Shown piece after piece: positions 26,491 to 36,869 of a stretch of 64,000 bases of DNA; position 1 is the first letter of the stretch, and every line of letters begins with the position of its first letter. This DNA is from Macrostomum lignano (Eukaryota). The stretch covers positions 62,001 through 126,000 of the forward strand of contig NIVC01002263.1 of assembly GCA_002269645.1 (NCBI GenBank), read 5' to 3'. A program made the position numbers and the translations under genes. Under the pieces are notes generated by a model that saw only the letters and a list, made by a program, of their open reading frames with translations, was not told where the DNA came from and made no database searches.

Positions 26491-27339
26491 GGGTTTTGGT
26501 AGTTTCATTTTTTCGGGAATGTTCTGATGATTTATAATTCAAATGCGCCATCGGGTCTTTAAAAAATTCACTATAGCAATCAAGGAATTGATGTTACTTC
26601 TCAGCCCTCTTCTCTTCTTTCTCTTCTCCTCTCGTCTTCTCTCCTTTATATCTCTCATCTTAACAATCCTCTCATCTTCTCTCTGATCTCATCTTCGCTT
26701 TCCTCTTCTCTGTCTCCTGTATTCTCTCCTCTACAGTTAAGCCGACTCCAGATTTAGATCAACGCACAATAGCTGGGGAGCAGGATGCAAACACAGCAGC
26801 ATTAATCTGGAAACTGTAAAGCACAGATGGATGGCAGAAGTGCATTGGACAGGAATTTGGGCTAAGCTAACTAAGACCCTTAGACAGATACCCTCTCGCC
26901 TAAATGCGAGCCGGGCATTCCAGTCTGCACCCAGCCCGGTATCAATATTGCATTCCGCATATAGACTTTAGGCAAACAACCAATTCCTCATTTGGAAACC
27001 AGGCAAAGGGAAAAGCAAGCAAGCTGTGTCTTGTTGCACTTTTAGCGATCGGCCACAGTTGCTAGGCTGGGCTAGTCATACATTATAGAAGAAGGCCGAC
27101 TGAGAGGGGGGGTAGAGAGGGAGAGAGTGGAATTTGCACTGCAACAGCAGCCTTTCAGCACCCATATAAGGCATTATATTATAACTTTTGTAGAAGACAA
27201 AATCCTCCATCCTTTTTAGGTTCCTAATTTAGCCCAATGCATTGAACTGCTGGGCGGCTGCCCTCATACCAAATAGTTAAATAGGGGTCAAATGGGGATA
27301 GTGCAGATGCTGAAATGCCAACCCTCATCTGGCCATCCA

Positions 27340-27800
27340 AAAATCGCCCTGTCCAAGAATCGCCCATTGGAAAATCGCTCCTGTCCAAGAATCGCCCATT
27401 GGAAAATCGCTCCTGTCCAAGAATCGCCCATTGGAAAATCGCTCCTGTCCAAGAATCGCCCATTGGAAAATCGCTCCTGTCCAAGAATCGGCCATTGGAA
27501 AATCGCTCCTGTCCAAGAATCACCCATTGGAAAATCGCTCCTGTCCAAGAATCGCCCATTGGAGAATCGCTCCTGTCCAAGAATCACCCATTGGAAAATC
27601 GCTCCTGTCCAAGAATCGCCCATTGGAAAATCGCTCCTGTCCAAGAATCACCCATTGGAAAATCGCTCCTGTCCAAGAATCGCCCATTGGAAAATCGCTC
27701 CTGTCCAAGAATCGCCCATTGGAGAATCGCTCCTGTCCAAGAATCGCCCATTGGAGAGTCGCCCATTGGAGAATCGCCAATTGGAAAAATCGCCCCTCTC
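27340..27800. repeat. 32-bp minisatellite (GAATCGCCCATTGGAAAATCGCTCCTGTCCAA)n, about 14 copies
   Basis: Directly visible. Confidence 0.95.
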
Positions 27801-28920
27801 TAAAAATCGTTCATGTCCAAAAGCGACCATTGGAGAATCGCCCACCAAAGAATCTCCTATTGGAAAAATCGTCCATTGGAACAATCGCCCTTTGTTGTTT
27901 TCCAGCTAAAAATAGAAAACATTTTACAGCTGGCAATATATTTTATAACCGAAATGCTCGGATAAGAACATTGCATGGTTTCATTCCATTTAATCTAATC
28001 TTTTTGAAGAAGAGTAAAAAGCGGAAATGAAATGATTATTTAGTGTAGAGAAAGCGGCGAACAAATCATCTACAAAAACTGAAGCACTTCATTAAATAAG
28101 CTGCAGCTTTGTCATATCAATTTGTGGCATTAATTTAAAAAAATGCATTGCCTATGCAGTGCTCAAGGGGCAGGGCAGATGGGATGGAAAAAGCAGCAAT
28201 GGCAAAGAAGATTAAGCCTTCTACTCACCCAGTCTGTTTATTGTAGACAGAAAGCAGACTGCAACAGCCTTTCATCTGCAGCCATCGCGGTGCCCCCCTC
28301 CCTCCCTCGGATCGGAATAAATGTATGTTTTTTTCATCTGAAAACCGAAATTCCAATTTTAATCTGCAGGAAATTCAATAAAATGCTGCCTGTCAGTTTT
28401 TTCTAATTAGATGATGGAAGCTCTTCGTCAATGGGGGAGGCGGAGGAGTTGAAATAAAGAAGAAAATACGAGCATTCAATCGTATACACTACTAAGCCCC
28501 CCCAGCCCAAATGAGTAGTGCAGTTCGAATATAGCAACTAAAAAACAGAAACCAGCAATAAAAATAGCAAAACTCGGGCATCGATTTTCAATTTGATTTG
28601 ATTGTAAAAATAGTCAACATTGCCTAGAAATGCGAAACTTTAACTGCTGCGATACACAGTCTCGTAGATCTGGGAGCCTAATATCTTAATATAAGTTGGA
28701 ATTGTCAGATTCTCCATTCACTACTCTGATTACTCACTGAGAGTCTACAGCAAGTAAATAACAAGTTGATGATGCAGTTTTCGATTTGGTGTACAGCTGA
28801 AATTTTTAAATAATACCCTAGCAACTGAGTTTGAGTTCATAGTCCTAGCAAACGGGTTTGAGTTGATCACCCTAGCAACCGGGTTTGAGTTCATCACTTG
28901 ATTCCCAAGCCGGGGACCTG

Positions 28921-30060
28921 TCAGGCCTCTGTTTGGGGCAGCAGTCCCGCTGAAGCGCACATCAGCACCGCAGTCTCCAGCCGCTGCAGCGCCGCCGGTT
29001 CCCGCAGTTCAGCCGCCTTCCAGGTGGCCACCGACACCTGGAGCAGCTCGGCCAGCAGGCGGCGCAACTCATCGCTGTCGTCCTCCCCGACGTACGGCCG
29101 TCTGCCGCATCGCCGCAGCAGGCCAGCCACCCGCGGCTCCAGCAGGAGGCCCAGCCGAAGGCAGTCGAAACGCCTTGACGGCAGGCTGCACTTCAGCCAG
29201 GCCAAGCAGCGGTTCAGCAGCGCCGGGAACGGCTCGGCGGGCAGGCAGGCGGTGCACAGGAAGGCCAGGTCGGACACCGAGCCGACTGCCGTCGACGACA
29301 ATGGGCCACCAGTCGAGACCGGAGCCAGGTTGTCTAACAGGTCGCAGAGTAGCCGGCCGATCGCGGCCAGGGCGGCCGGGCGGAGCCGAAGCAGGTCGGC
29401 CAAGCGGCCGAACAGCCGCCGGTCGGGTCCGGGGCCAGCTGGGTCGGCCAGCAGGCGAGCCAGGCGGCCGGCGGCGATCGGACACTCCGGCCGGGCAAGG
29501 AATGCCAGCCAGGCGGCGCGAGAGAGGCCGGCAGGAAGTCGCCGGCCGCGGAGAGGCGAGGCCAGTTCGCAGTCGAGGACATCGTCAAGCAGGCGGTCGG
29601 CGCCGCTGTCGCCAGCGAGGCGGCGCAGGACGGCGTCAGCGAAGGCGGAGCGGCGAAGCCGGCAGAGGCCGCGGGTAGCGAATAGCGCGGACTCCGGCTG
29701 AGCGGCGCAGGCAGCAACGAATCGGCGGTCGGCTTCGGCGACTTGCCCGACGGTTGCGGCCAGCTGATTGGCAGCGGAGTGCAGCCTGGATAGCGACAGG
29801 CCCGGAGAGGCCTCCAGCAGGTCGGCGGGGTCTCGGCGAAGACGGTCAGCCAAGCAGAGCCAGTAGCCCAGGCCGGTAAGCGCGGCAAAGAGGCCGAACT
29901 CGGCCAGCTCGCTGTCCGGTGCCGGTCGGCCGACGCCACCGAGGACCGTCGGACTGCTGCCGAAGTTGTCCCAGTTTTCAAACTCGACGTCCTCGAAATG
30001 AAACTCATCGCGATCTTCTGCGCCAAGGCCAACTCCGCCGCTGACAACCTCGATAACACC
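28921..30060 (-). CDS. Unidentified Leu/Ala-rich helical-repeat-like protein, last exon (5 of 5)
   Basis: Acceptor gctctcccag|GGT (phase 0); long GC-rich ORF ending in a stop at 28921. Confidence 0.8.
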   Translation of the reverse strand, partial: GVIEVVSGGVGLGAEDRDEFHFEDVEFENWDNFGSSPTVLGGVGRPAPDSELAEFGLFAALTGLGYWLCLADRLRRDPADLLEASPGLSLSRLHSAANQLAATVGQVAEADRRFVAACAAQPESALFATRGLCRLRRSAFADAVLRRLAGDSGADRLLDDVLDCELASPLRGRRLPAGLSRAAWLAFLARPECPIAAGRLARLLADPAGPGPDRRLFGRLADLLRLRPAALAAIGRLLCDLLDNLAPVSTGGPLSSTAVGSVSDLAFLCTACLPAEPFPALLNRCLAWLKCSLPSRRFDCLRLGLLLEPRVAGLLRRCGRRPYVGEDDSDELRRLLAELLQVSVATWKAAELREPAALQRLETAVLMCASAGLLPQTEA

Positions 30061-30129
30061 CTGGGAGAGCAGCCATAGTATTATAATGAGCGGGGCTTGA
30101 GATGAAGGGAATGGATTGTTAGAGTCTGG

Positions 30130-31170
30130 GATGGGGACCGGCATCAGTGCTTAGGGAGTCCAGTAGGATCAGGGATGGCGAGCTGGCATCAGTGCTTAGG
30201 GAGTCCAGTAGGATCAGGGATGGCGAGCTGGCATCAGTGCTTAGGGAGTCCAGTAGGATCAGGGATGGCGAGCTGGCATCAGTGCTTAGGGAGTCCAGTA
30301 GGATCAGGGATGGCGAGCTGGCATCAGTGCTTAGGGAGTCCAGTAGGATCAGGGATGGGGAGCTGGCATCAGTGCTTAGGGAGTCCAGTAGGATCAGGGA
30401 TGGGGAGCTGGCATCAGTTCTTAGGGAGTCCAGTAGGATCAGGGATGGGGAGCTGGCATCAGTGCTTAGGGAGTCCAGTGGGTTTAGGGATGGGGAGCTG
30501 GCATCAGTGCTTAGGGAGTCCAGTGGGATCAGGGATGGGGAGCTGGCATCAGTGCTTAGGGAGTCCAGTAGGATCAGGGATGGGGAGCTGGCATCAGTGC
30601 TTAGGGAGTCCAGTAGGATCAGGGATGGGGAGCTGGCATCAGTGCTTAGGGAGTCCAGTGGGATCAGGGATGGGGAGCTGGCATCAGTGCTTAGGGAGTC
30701 CAGTGGGTTTAGGGATGGGGAGCTGGCATCAGTGCTTAGGGAGTCCAGTGGGTTTAGGGATGGGGAGCTGGCATCAGTGCTTAGGGAGTCCAGTGGGATC
30801 AGGGATGGGGAGCTGGCATCAGTGCTTAGGGAGTCCAGTAGGATCAGGGATGGGGAGCTGGCATCAGTGCTTAGGGAGTCCAGTAGGATCAGGGATGGGG
30901 AGCTGGCATCAGTGCTTAGGGAGTCCAGTGGGTTTAGGGATGGGGAGCTGGCATCAGTGCTTAGGGAGTCCAGTAGGATCAGGGATGGGGAGCTGGCATC
31001 AGTTCTTAGGGAGTCCAGTAGGATCAGGGATGGGGAGCTGGCATCAGTGCTTAGGGAGTCCAGTGGGTTTAGGGATGGGGAGCTGGCATCAGTGCTTAGG
31101 GAGTCCAGTGGGATCAGGGATGGGGAGCTGGCATCAGTGCTTAGGGAGTCCAGTGGGATCAGGGATGGGT
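30130..31170. repeat. 45-bp intronic minisatellite (GAGCTGGCATCAGTGCTTAGGGAGTCCAGTAGGATCAGGGATGGG)n, about 23 copies
   Basis: Directly visible; the 3n unit length explains the 340-387 aa repeat ORFs on both strands. Confidence 0.95.
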
Positions 31171-31302
31171 AACTGGAATCTAATGGGTCTAGTATAAGGA
31201 AGTGGCAGCTCTCTCTTAGGAATCGAGAAGTTATGGAATCGAGCAGGAACTGGACTAGGTAGCTAAGAACCCCGGAGAACATAATAAAGTATACAATTTC
31301 AC

Positions 31303-32151
31303 CTCATACGCATCGGCAGAGTGAGCACAGAGCCGCTGCCGCAGCTGCACATCCTCCAGCAGCAAATCCAAGCAGCGCAGTGGCCGTCGCCGGTCGGGAT
31401 GCCGCGCGCACACGGACTCGAGCAGCAGGCCGGCTGAGAGCAGCAGTCGCTGAGGCTCCGCTGTCAGCTCCCGCAGGCGGCTCTCGCAGCCAAAGAAAAC
31501 GTCGAGAGCGCCGGCTCTCGCCGCGTGGCTCAACGCCGCTTTGGCCAGTCGGACATCGCTGCGGTCCAGCGCCTCGGCCAGCGCGGCAAACGGTTGCAGC
31601 CGGAAGTCAAACTCAGTTCGCACCGGCAGCTGCAGCTCCATCAGTTGCCAGCAGTTGGCAACCAGCGAGTCCTCATCTACTTGGCCGCTGGCCAGCTCCT
31701 CCAGCCAGCCGAGGCAGGCAGCCCGCCTTCGACACTCGGCGTATGCCAGCCAGACCCGCGCCAGATGGCCGCCGGTGAATTCGGCGACATCCGCCGGGTT
31801 TGTCGCGCTCGAGACAGCTTCGGCTGCGTCGGCAGCCGCGTCAACGAAGCCGCTCAGCGCCAGCCGCAGACGCGGCAGCAGCCGCCTGCCCTGGCAGTGG
31901 CCGGGCGCCCAGGCTAGCAGGCGGCAGAGGCAGCTGGTCAGCAGTTCGGCCTCGCCAGTCCGCTCCGAAGCTGGCGACAGCGGCAGCAGGCGAAGCCGCC
32001 CAGTCAGGGAGAGCAGGCTGCAGGCCGGGGACGGACCGCTCGCCGCAGCGCCCTGCATGTAGAGATGGTTGGGATCTTTTGCCTGTGCATTCGATCGATA
32101 GTCCTCATCAGAGCACAAAGCGTCCGAAATCCTACAAAACCGCCTGAGGAT
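31303..32151 (-). CDS. Unidentified helical-repeat-like protein, exon 4
   Basis: Acceptor acctaccag|ATC (phase 0), donor TAT GAG|gtgaaa (phase 0); same composition as the neighbouring exons. The acceptor choice is the least certain part. Confidence 0.72.
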
Positions 32152-32465
32152 CTGGTAGGTTGCGGGTGGCCCAGCAACTGGGGATCCGGCAGGGTGCGGG
32201 TGGCCCAGCAACTGAGGATCTGGCAGGGTGCCAGTGGCCCAGCAACTGAGGATCTGGCAGGGTGCCAGTGGCCCAGCAACTGAGGATCTGGCAGGGTGCC
32301 AGTGGCCCAGCAACTGGGGATCCGGCAGGGTGCCAGTGTCCCAGCAACTGAGGATCTGGCAGGGTGCCAGTGGCCCAGCAACTGAGGATCTGGCAGGGTG
32401 CCAGTGGCCCAGCAACTGGGGATCCGGCAGGGTGCCAGTGGCCCAGCAACTGAGGATCTGGCATG
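32152..32465. repeat. 34-bp intronic minisatellite (GATCTGGCAGGGTGCCAGTGGCCCAGCAACTGAG)n, about 9 copies
   Basis: Directly visible; its terminal degenerate unit overlaps the exon 4 acceptor. Confidence 0.93.
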
Positions 32466-32532
32466 GTTGGGTTGGACTCAAGTACAGAGCTCCACAATGG
32501 CAGCAGGTGTAAGTGAGCACAGACCAGCTCAC

Positions 32533-32987
32533 CTCAGCCGCAGCTTGGTTAGCTTCGCAGTCAAGCTGTCTCAGCAGCGTCCTGGCATCCTTGGCGAACG
32601 TAGGCGGCACCGGGGGCTCGGCCAGCTGCAGCAGGCGGTCCAGCAGCGAGATCGCCAGGCAGAGCCGCTCCGGGCAGCGAGACAGAGCGGCCCGCCTGGC
32701 CAGGCACCAGCGCAGCAGCTGGATGCACGAATTGAACACCCAGACAGCGGCGCAGGCGGGCGATTCCGCCTCTAACAGTTTATCGGCAGTTGTCATGGCA
32801 ACCAACTGGGCCGAGGCCAACCCGTCAGCCGAGGCTGCATCGGTGCCTCCACATGTGACAAACTCAATTAGGACAGGTGTTACTTCGTCGACTCCAGCCA
32901 AACGAAGCTGTCCGGAGCAGTCGGACAATCCGGCGGCGGCCAGCTCGGCCAGGTCGGCGTCGAGTTGGCCGCGACGTGGTCGGAGGC
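32533..32987 (-). CDS. Unidentified helical-repeat-like protein, exon 3
   Basis: Acceptor tttttgcaag|GC (phase 1), donor GCT GAG|gtgagc (phase 0). Confidence 0.78.
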
Positions 32988-33034
32988 CTTGCAAAAATAT
33001 AATGGGAGAGGATGGAGGAATCTAGGGTGAATGG

Positions 33035-34265
33035 GGAGGCTACAGGATGGTAATATGGTGTGGGGAAGCTACAGGATGGTAATCTGGTGTGGGGAGGCTA
33101 CGGGATGGTATCTGGTGTGGGGAGGCTATGGTATGGTATCTGGTGTGGGGAGGCTACGGGATGGTATTTGGTGTGGGGAGGCTACGGGATGGTATTTGGT
33201 GTGGGGAGGCTACGGGATGGTATCTGGTATGGTAAGGCTACGGGATGGTATCTGGTGTGGGGAGGCTAGCTACGGGATGGTATCTGGTGTGGGGAGGCTA
33301 CGGGATGGTATCTGGTGTGGGAAGGCTAGCTACGGGATGGTATCTGGTGTGGGGAGGCTAGCTACGGGATGGTATCTGATGTGGGAAGGCTACGGGATGG
33401 TATCTGGTGTGGGAAGGCTACGGGATGGTATCTGGTGTGGGAAGGCTAGCTACGGGATGGTATCTGGTGTGGGGAGGCTACGGGATGGTATTTGGTGTGG
33501 GGAGGCTACGGGATGGTTATCTGGTGTGGGAAGGCTACGGGATGGTATTTTGTGTGGGGAGGCTACGGGATGGTATCTGGTGTGGGGAGGCTGCGAGATG
33601 GTATCTGGTGTGGGAAGGCTACGGTATGGTATCTGGTGTGGGGAGGCTAGCTACGGGATGGTATCTGGTCTGGGAAGGCTACGGGATGGTATCTGGTGTG
33701 GGAAGGCTACGGTATGGTATTTGGTGTGGGGAGGCTACGGGATGGTATCTGGTGTGGGAAGGCTACGGGATGGTTATCTGGTGTGGGAAGGCTACGGGAT
33801 GGTATTTGGTGTGGGGAGGCTACGGGATGGTATCTGGTGTGGGGAGGCTAGCTACGGGATGGTATCTGGTGTGGGGAGGCTGCGGGATGGTATCTGGTGT
33901 GGGAAGGCTACGGTATGGTATCTGGTGTGGGGAGGCTACGGTATGGTATCTGGTGTGGGGAGGCTACGGGATGGTATCTGATGTGGGGAGGCTACGGGAT
34001 GGTATCTGGTGTGAGGAGGCTACGGGATGGTATCTGGTGTGGGGAGGCTACGGGATGGTATCTGGTGTGGGGAAGCTACGGGATGGTATCTGGTGTGAGG
34101 AGGCTACGGGATGGTATCTGTGTGGGGAGGCTACGGGATGGTATCTGGTGTGGGGAGGCTACGGGATGGTATCTGGTGTGGGGAGGCTACGGGATGGTAT
34201 CTGGTGTGGGGAGGCTACGGGATGGTATCTGGTGTGGGAAGGCTACGGGATGGTATCTGGTGTGG
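33035..34265. repeat. 28-bp intronic minisatellite (GGGGAGGCTACGGGATGGTATCTGGTGT)n, about 43 copies
   Basis: Directly visible; fills nearly all of the 1314-bp intron 2. Confidence 0.95.
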
Positions 34266-34301
34266 GCAATACTGAATACGGCAAATCAAGCTCGGTCTCA
34301 C

Positions 34302-34535
34302 CTTCGCGCAGCACAGGCCAGACTCCTGAGGCCAGCTGTCGCCGGCTCGCGCCGCGCCGAGCAGAGAGGCTGGCCAGCTCCACAGCGCGCAGGCGCAGGC
34401 AGTGCTGAGTGCGCGGCAGCCGAAGCTGCTCAGCCAAGAAAGCCAGAATGCCGGTCAGCGGGTCGTCAACGTCGTCTGCTCCGGGATCGTCGCCGATGCA
34501 GCCACCACTGCCGAAGCCGTGGTTGTCGATTTGCG
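34302..34535 (-). CDS. Unidentified helical-repeat-like protein, exon 2
   Basis: Acceptor catggtcag|CG (phase 1), donor GAA G|gtgaga (phase 1); open frame QIDNHGFG...GVWPVLRE. Confidence 0.75.
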
Positions 34536-34629
34536 CTGACCATGTGGTAAAATTTTATGAGCTTTTAGCATCTTGGATGCCAATTCAGAATTTCAGGAAT
34601 GTGAAAAGGGAATTTCGAAATGTAAGGTG

Positions 34630-35060
34630 TTGATCTGGGATGCCAATTTTGAAATCTGGGATGCCAATTCCGAAATCTGGGATGCCAATTTTGAAATCTG
34701 GGATGCCAATTTTGAAATCTGGGATGCCAATTTTGAAATCTGGGATGCCAATTCCGAAATCTGGGATGCCAATTTTGAAATCTGGGATGCCAATTTTGAA
34801 ATCTGGGATGCCAATTTTGAAATCTGGGATGCCAATTCCGAAATCTGGAATGCCGATTCTGAAATCTGGGATGCCAATTCTGAAATCTGGGATGCCAAAT
34901 CCGAAATCTGGGATGCCAATTCCGAAATCTGGAATGCCGATTCCGAAATCTGGGATGCCAATTCCGAAGTCTGGAATGCCGATTCCGAAATCTGAGATGC
35001 CAATTCCGAAATCTGGAATGCCGATTCTGAAATCTCGGATGCCAATTCCGAAATCTAGAA
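34630..35060. repeat. 21-bp intronic minisatellite (GAAATCTGGGATGCCAATTCC)n, about 20 copies
   Basis: Directly visible. Confidence 0.95.
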
Positions 35061-35289
35061 TGCATGTGGCGTCGGGATTCTCCGTTGCTTGAGTCCCCAA
35101 CCCCAGGAACCTGAGAGTTCCACTCACAAAAGCTTTTAAACTGGCAACATTCATCCATTTCTACTGTTGTTTGATCTTTTATGTCTTTTAACTCTCAGTT
35201 ATTAAGTAGCTAATGTTACTAAATATGAGAAATATTCGTTCCCGTAACCATATCCATACCTGTATGTTTTGTCTGAAAACCTCCGAATC

Positions 35290-35562
35290 CGTAGCTTACA
35301 AGCCGCGAAGCCTCTCTATCCGGCCCTCGGGTCCTTTGAAACTCACAATAGCAATCCGGCCCGCTCGAGGTTGGTGTCTCTTCTCAGCTCTCTTCACTCT
35401 AAAATAATCTCCTCTTCTCTTCTCCTTTATACCTTCGTCTCTAATTTCTCCTATCTCTCCTCTCTCTTCGCTATTCCGTCTTCTCTCTTCCCTCCGCTGA
35501 CCCGCAGTAAGGCGCTAGATTCTCTATCTGGCTCTTGAAGTAATAAAGCTTGCCGACCCCTG
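35290..35562 (+). mobile_element. 5'-truncated copy of the CAGGGGTCGGCAA hAT-type MITE
   Basis: 3' TIR TTGCCGACCCCTG intact; interior (ctatccggccctc..., cacaatagcaatccgg, gtctcttctcagctc) shared with the copies at 4161 and 60628; no left TIR or TSD found. Confidence 0.72.
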
Positions 35563-35629
35563 GCATAGCCGTATCCTTAGCTATGGCGGAACTCTCTACC
35601 AAAATAAGGTTTGGTTAACGAGGCCTCAC

Positions 35630-36253
35630 CATCATCGTCCTCCCCGGAGGTGGCCGCTGCCTCGCAGCCCGCAACTCGGTGGCCACCCAGCGGCGCAGTA
35701 ACGGCCGCCTCGGCCAGGGCCAGCAGCTGGATGGCGAACCGGACGCTGGGCGCCGACCTCAGCAGGCGCAGAGCCGCAGTCAGCAGAACTTGCCGACTAC
35801 CAAGCGGACAGCGGCGAGCCAAACCCGGCGATTTCAGCAGCCAGGCGGAGGCGAATTTCACCGCCATGAGGGCCGCTGGGCCGCCGCCGCCGGGCAGCGC
35901 AGAGGTCCAGTGAAGAAACGCGTGGATGAGGTCTGCCTGGCTGGACATGAGGCCGGCCAGGGCTGCGAACAGGCTGCTCTCCAGGTGGCTGGCCGAGTTG
36001 GCCACGGCGTCGACGGCCTGGGTGGCGGCGGCAAGCAGGGCGTCCAGTAGGCCGAGGTCGGCCAGGAAGCAGTCGGCAGTGCCGGGCTGGGCTGCCAACT
36101 GCTTCAGTTCGAGAGCGGCCTCGAGGCGCTGCTCGCAGAGGCGCAGGGGTCGGTCAGCTCGCAGCACAGCTGGTGCAGATGGTCGGCTAGAAGGTCTTTC
36201 TGTGCAATGCAGTCTTGCATTGCAAAATCGGGAGAGGCAAACTCCCAGCCCAT
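35630..36253 (-). CDS. Unidentified helical-repeat-like protein, exon 1 (MGWEFASPDF...); needs +1 nt at 36146-36149
   Basis: Acceptor gcccttacag| 18 nt before the ATG; donor GAT G|gtgagg (phase 1). The five exons total 3302 nt; one extra C gives 3303 nt = 1100 aa plus stop. Confidence 0.68.
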
Positions 36254-36697
36254 GGCGTAATTTGGGGAATCCTGTAAGGGCAAATTAAAAAAGGTCTTTC
36301 TATTGAAACAGTGGTCTATGGATTGTCAAAATTATTATAAATAAGTTAAATGCTTTCATTGCTACTTGATATATAATCTCTACAAATGGGTAAGTTAGCT
36401 TCTTAATTAAATAAACCGCTTAAAATGGCTGTTGAAGCAATACTATAAGTGACAGATCTTGATTTTAAACTTAAAGTGGGGCCACTCTGACTCCTAAACA
36501 ACCCTATGCATTTGCTACTGTACTATAATACTTAAACTTTTAGAGCTAATTCAAAGTTAATATTTATTGCATAAACTCATTTTGATTATTATAACATAAT
36601 CATATTTAATTTAATATACTCCATTTTTAAGGCTCTAAAAACAATAAATAGGTCTGTTATATAAATCTAATATTAAAATTATTTGATATATATCATA

Positions 36698-36869
36698 CAT
36701 ACATGCGCAACCTTGGGATTCACCTGGCCATTTCTATTGGCAACACACATGTAAGTCGCTATTGGCTGAGAGCAGTCACGTGACTACTATTCCATCCAAT
36801 AGCGACTTATATGTGTGTGTGTTGCCAATAGAAACAGCCAGGTGAATCCCTAGGTTGCGCCCAAGCATG
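36698..36869. mobile_element. 172-bp fold-back MITE, CATACATGCGCAAC TIR family, 8-bp TSD ATATCATA (hAT-type)
   Basis: Near-palindromic over about 155 bp; exact 8-bp direct repeat at 36690-36697 and 36870-36877; left TIR identical to the 47504 element, right TIR diverged. Confidence 0.8.

Noticed and set aside
30119-31282. Long ORFs of 340-387 aa on both strands (and similar ORFs at 1230, 4099, 6571, 10500, 22809, 24400, 26012, 27292, 33031, 34565, 42188, 59891, 62979)
   Set aside because: They are translations of tandem repeat or low-complexity units lacking stop codons; several lie in introns whose flanking exons already join in phase.
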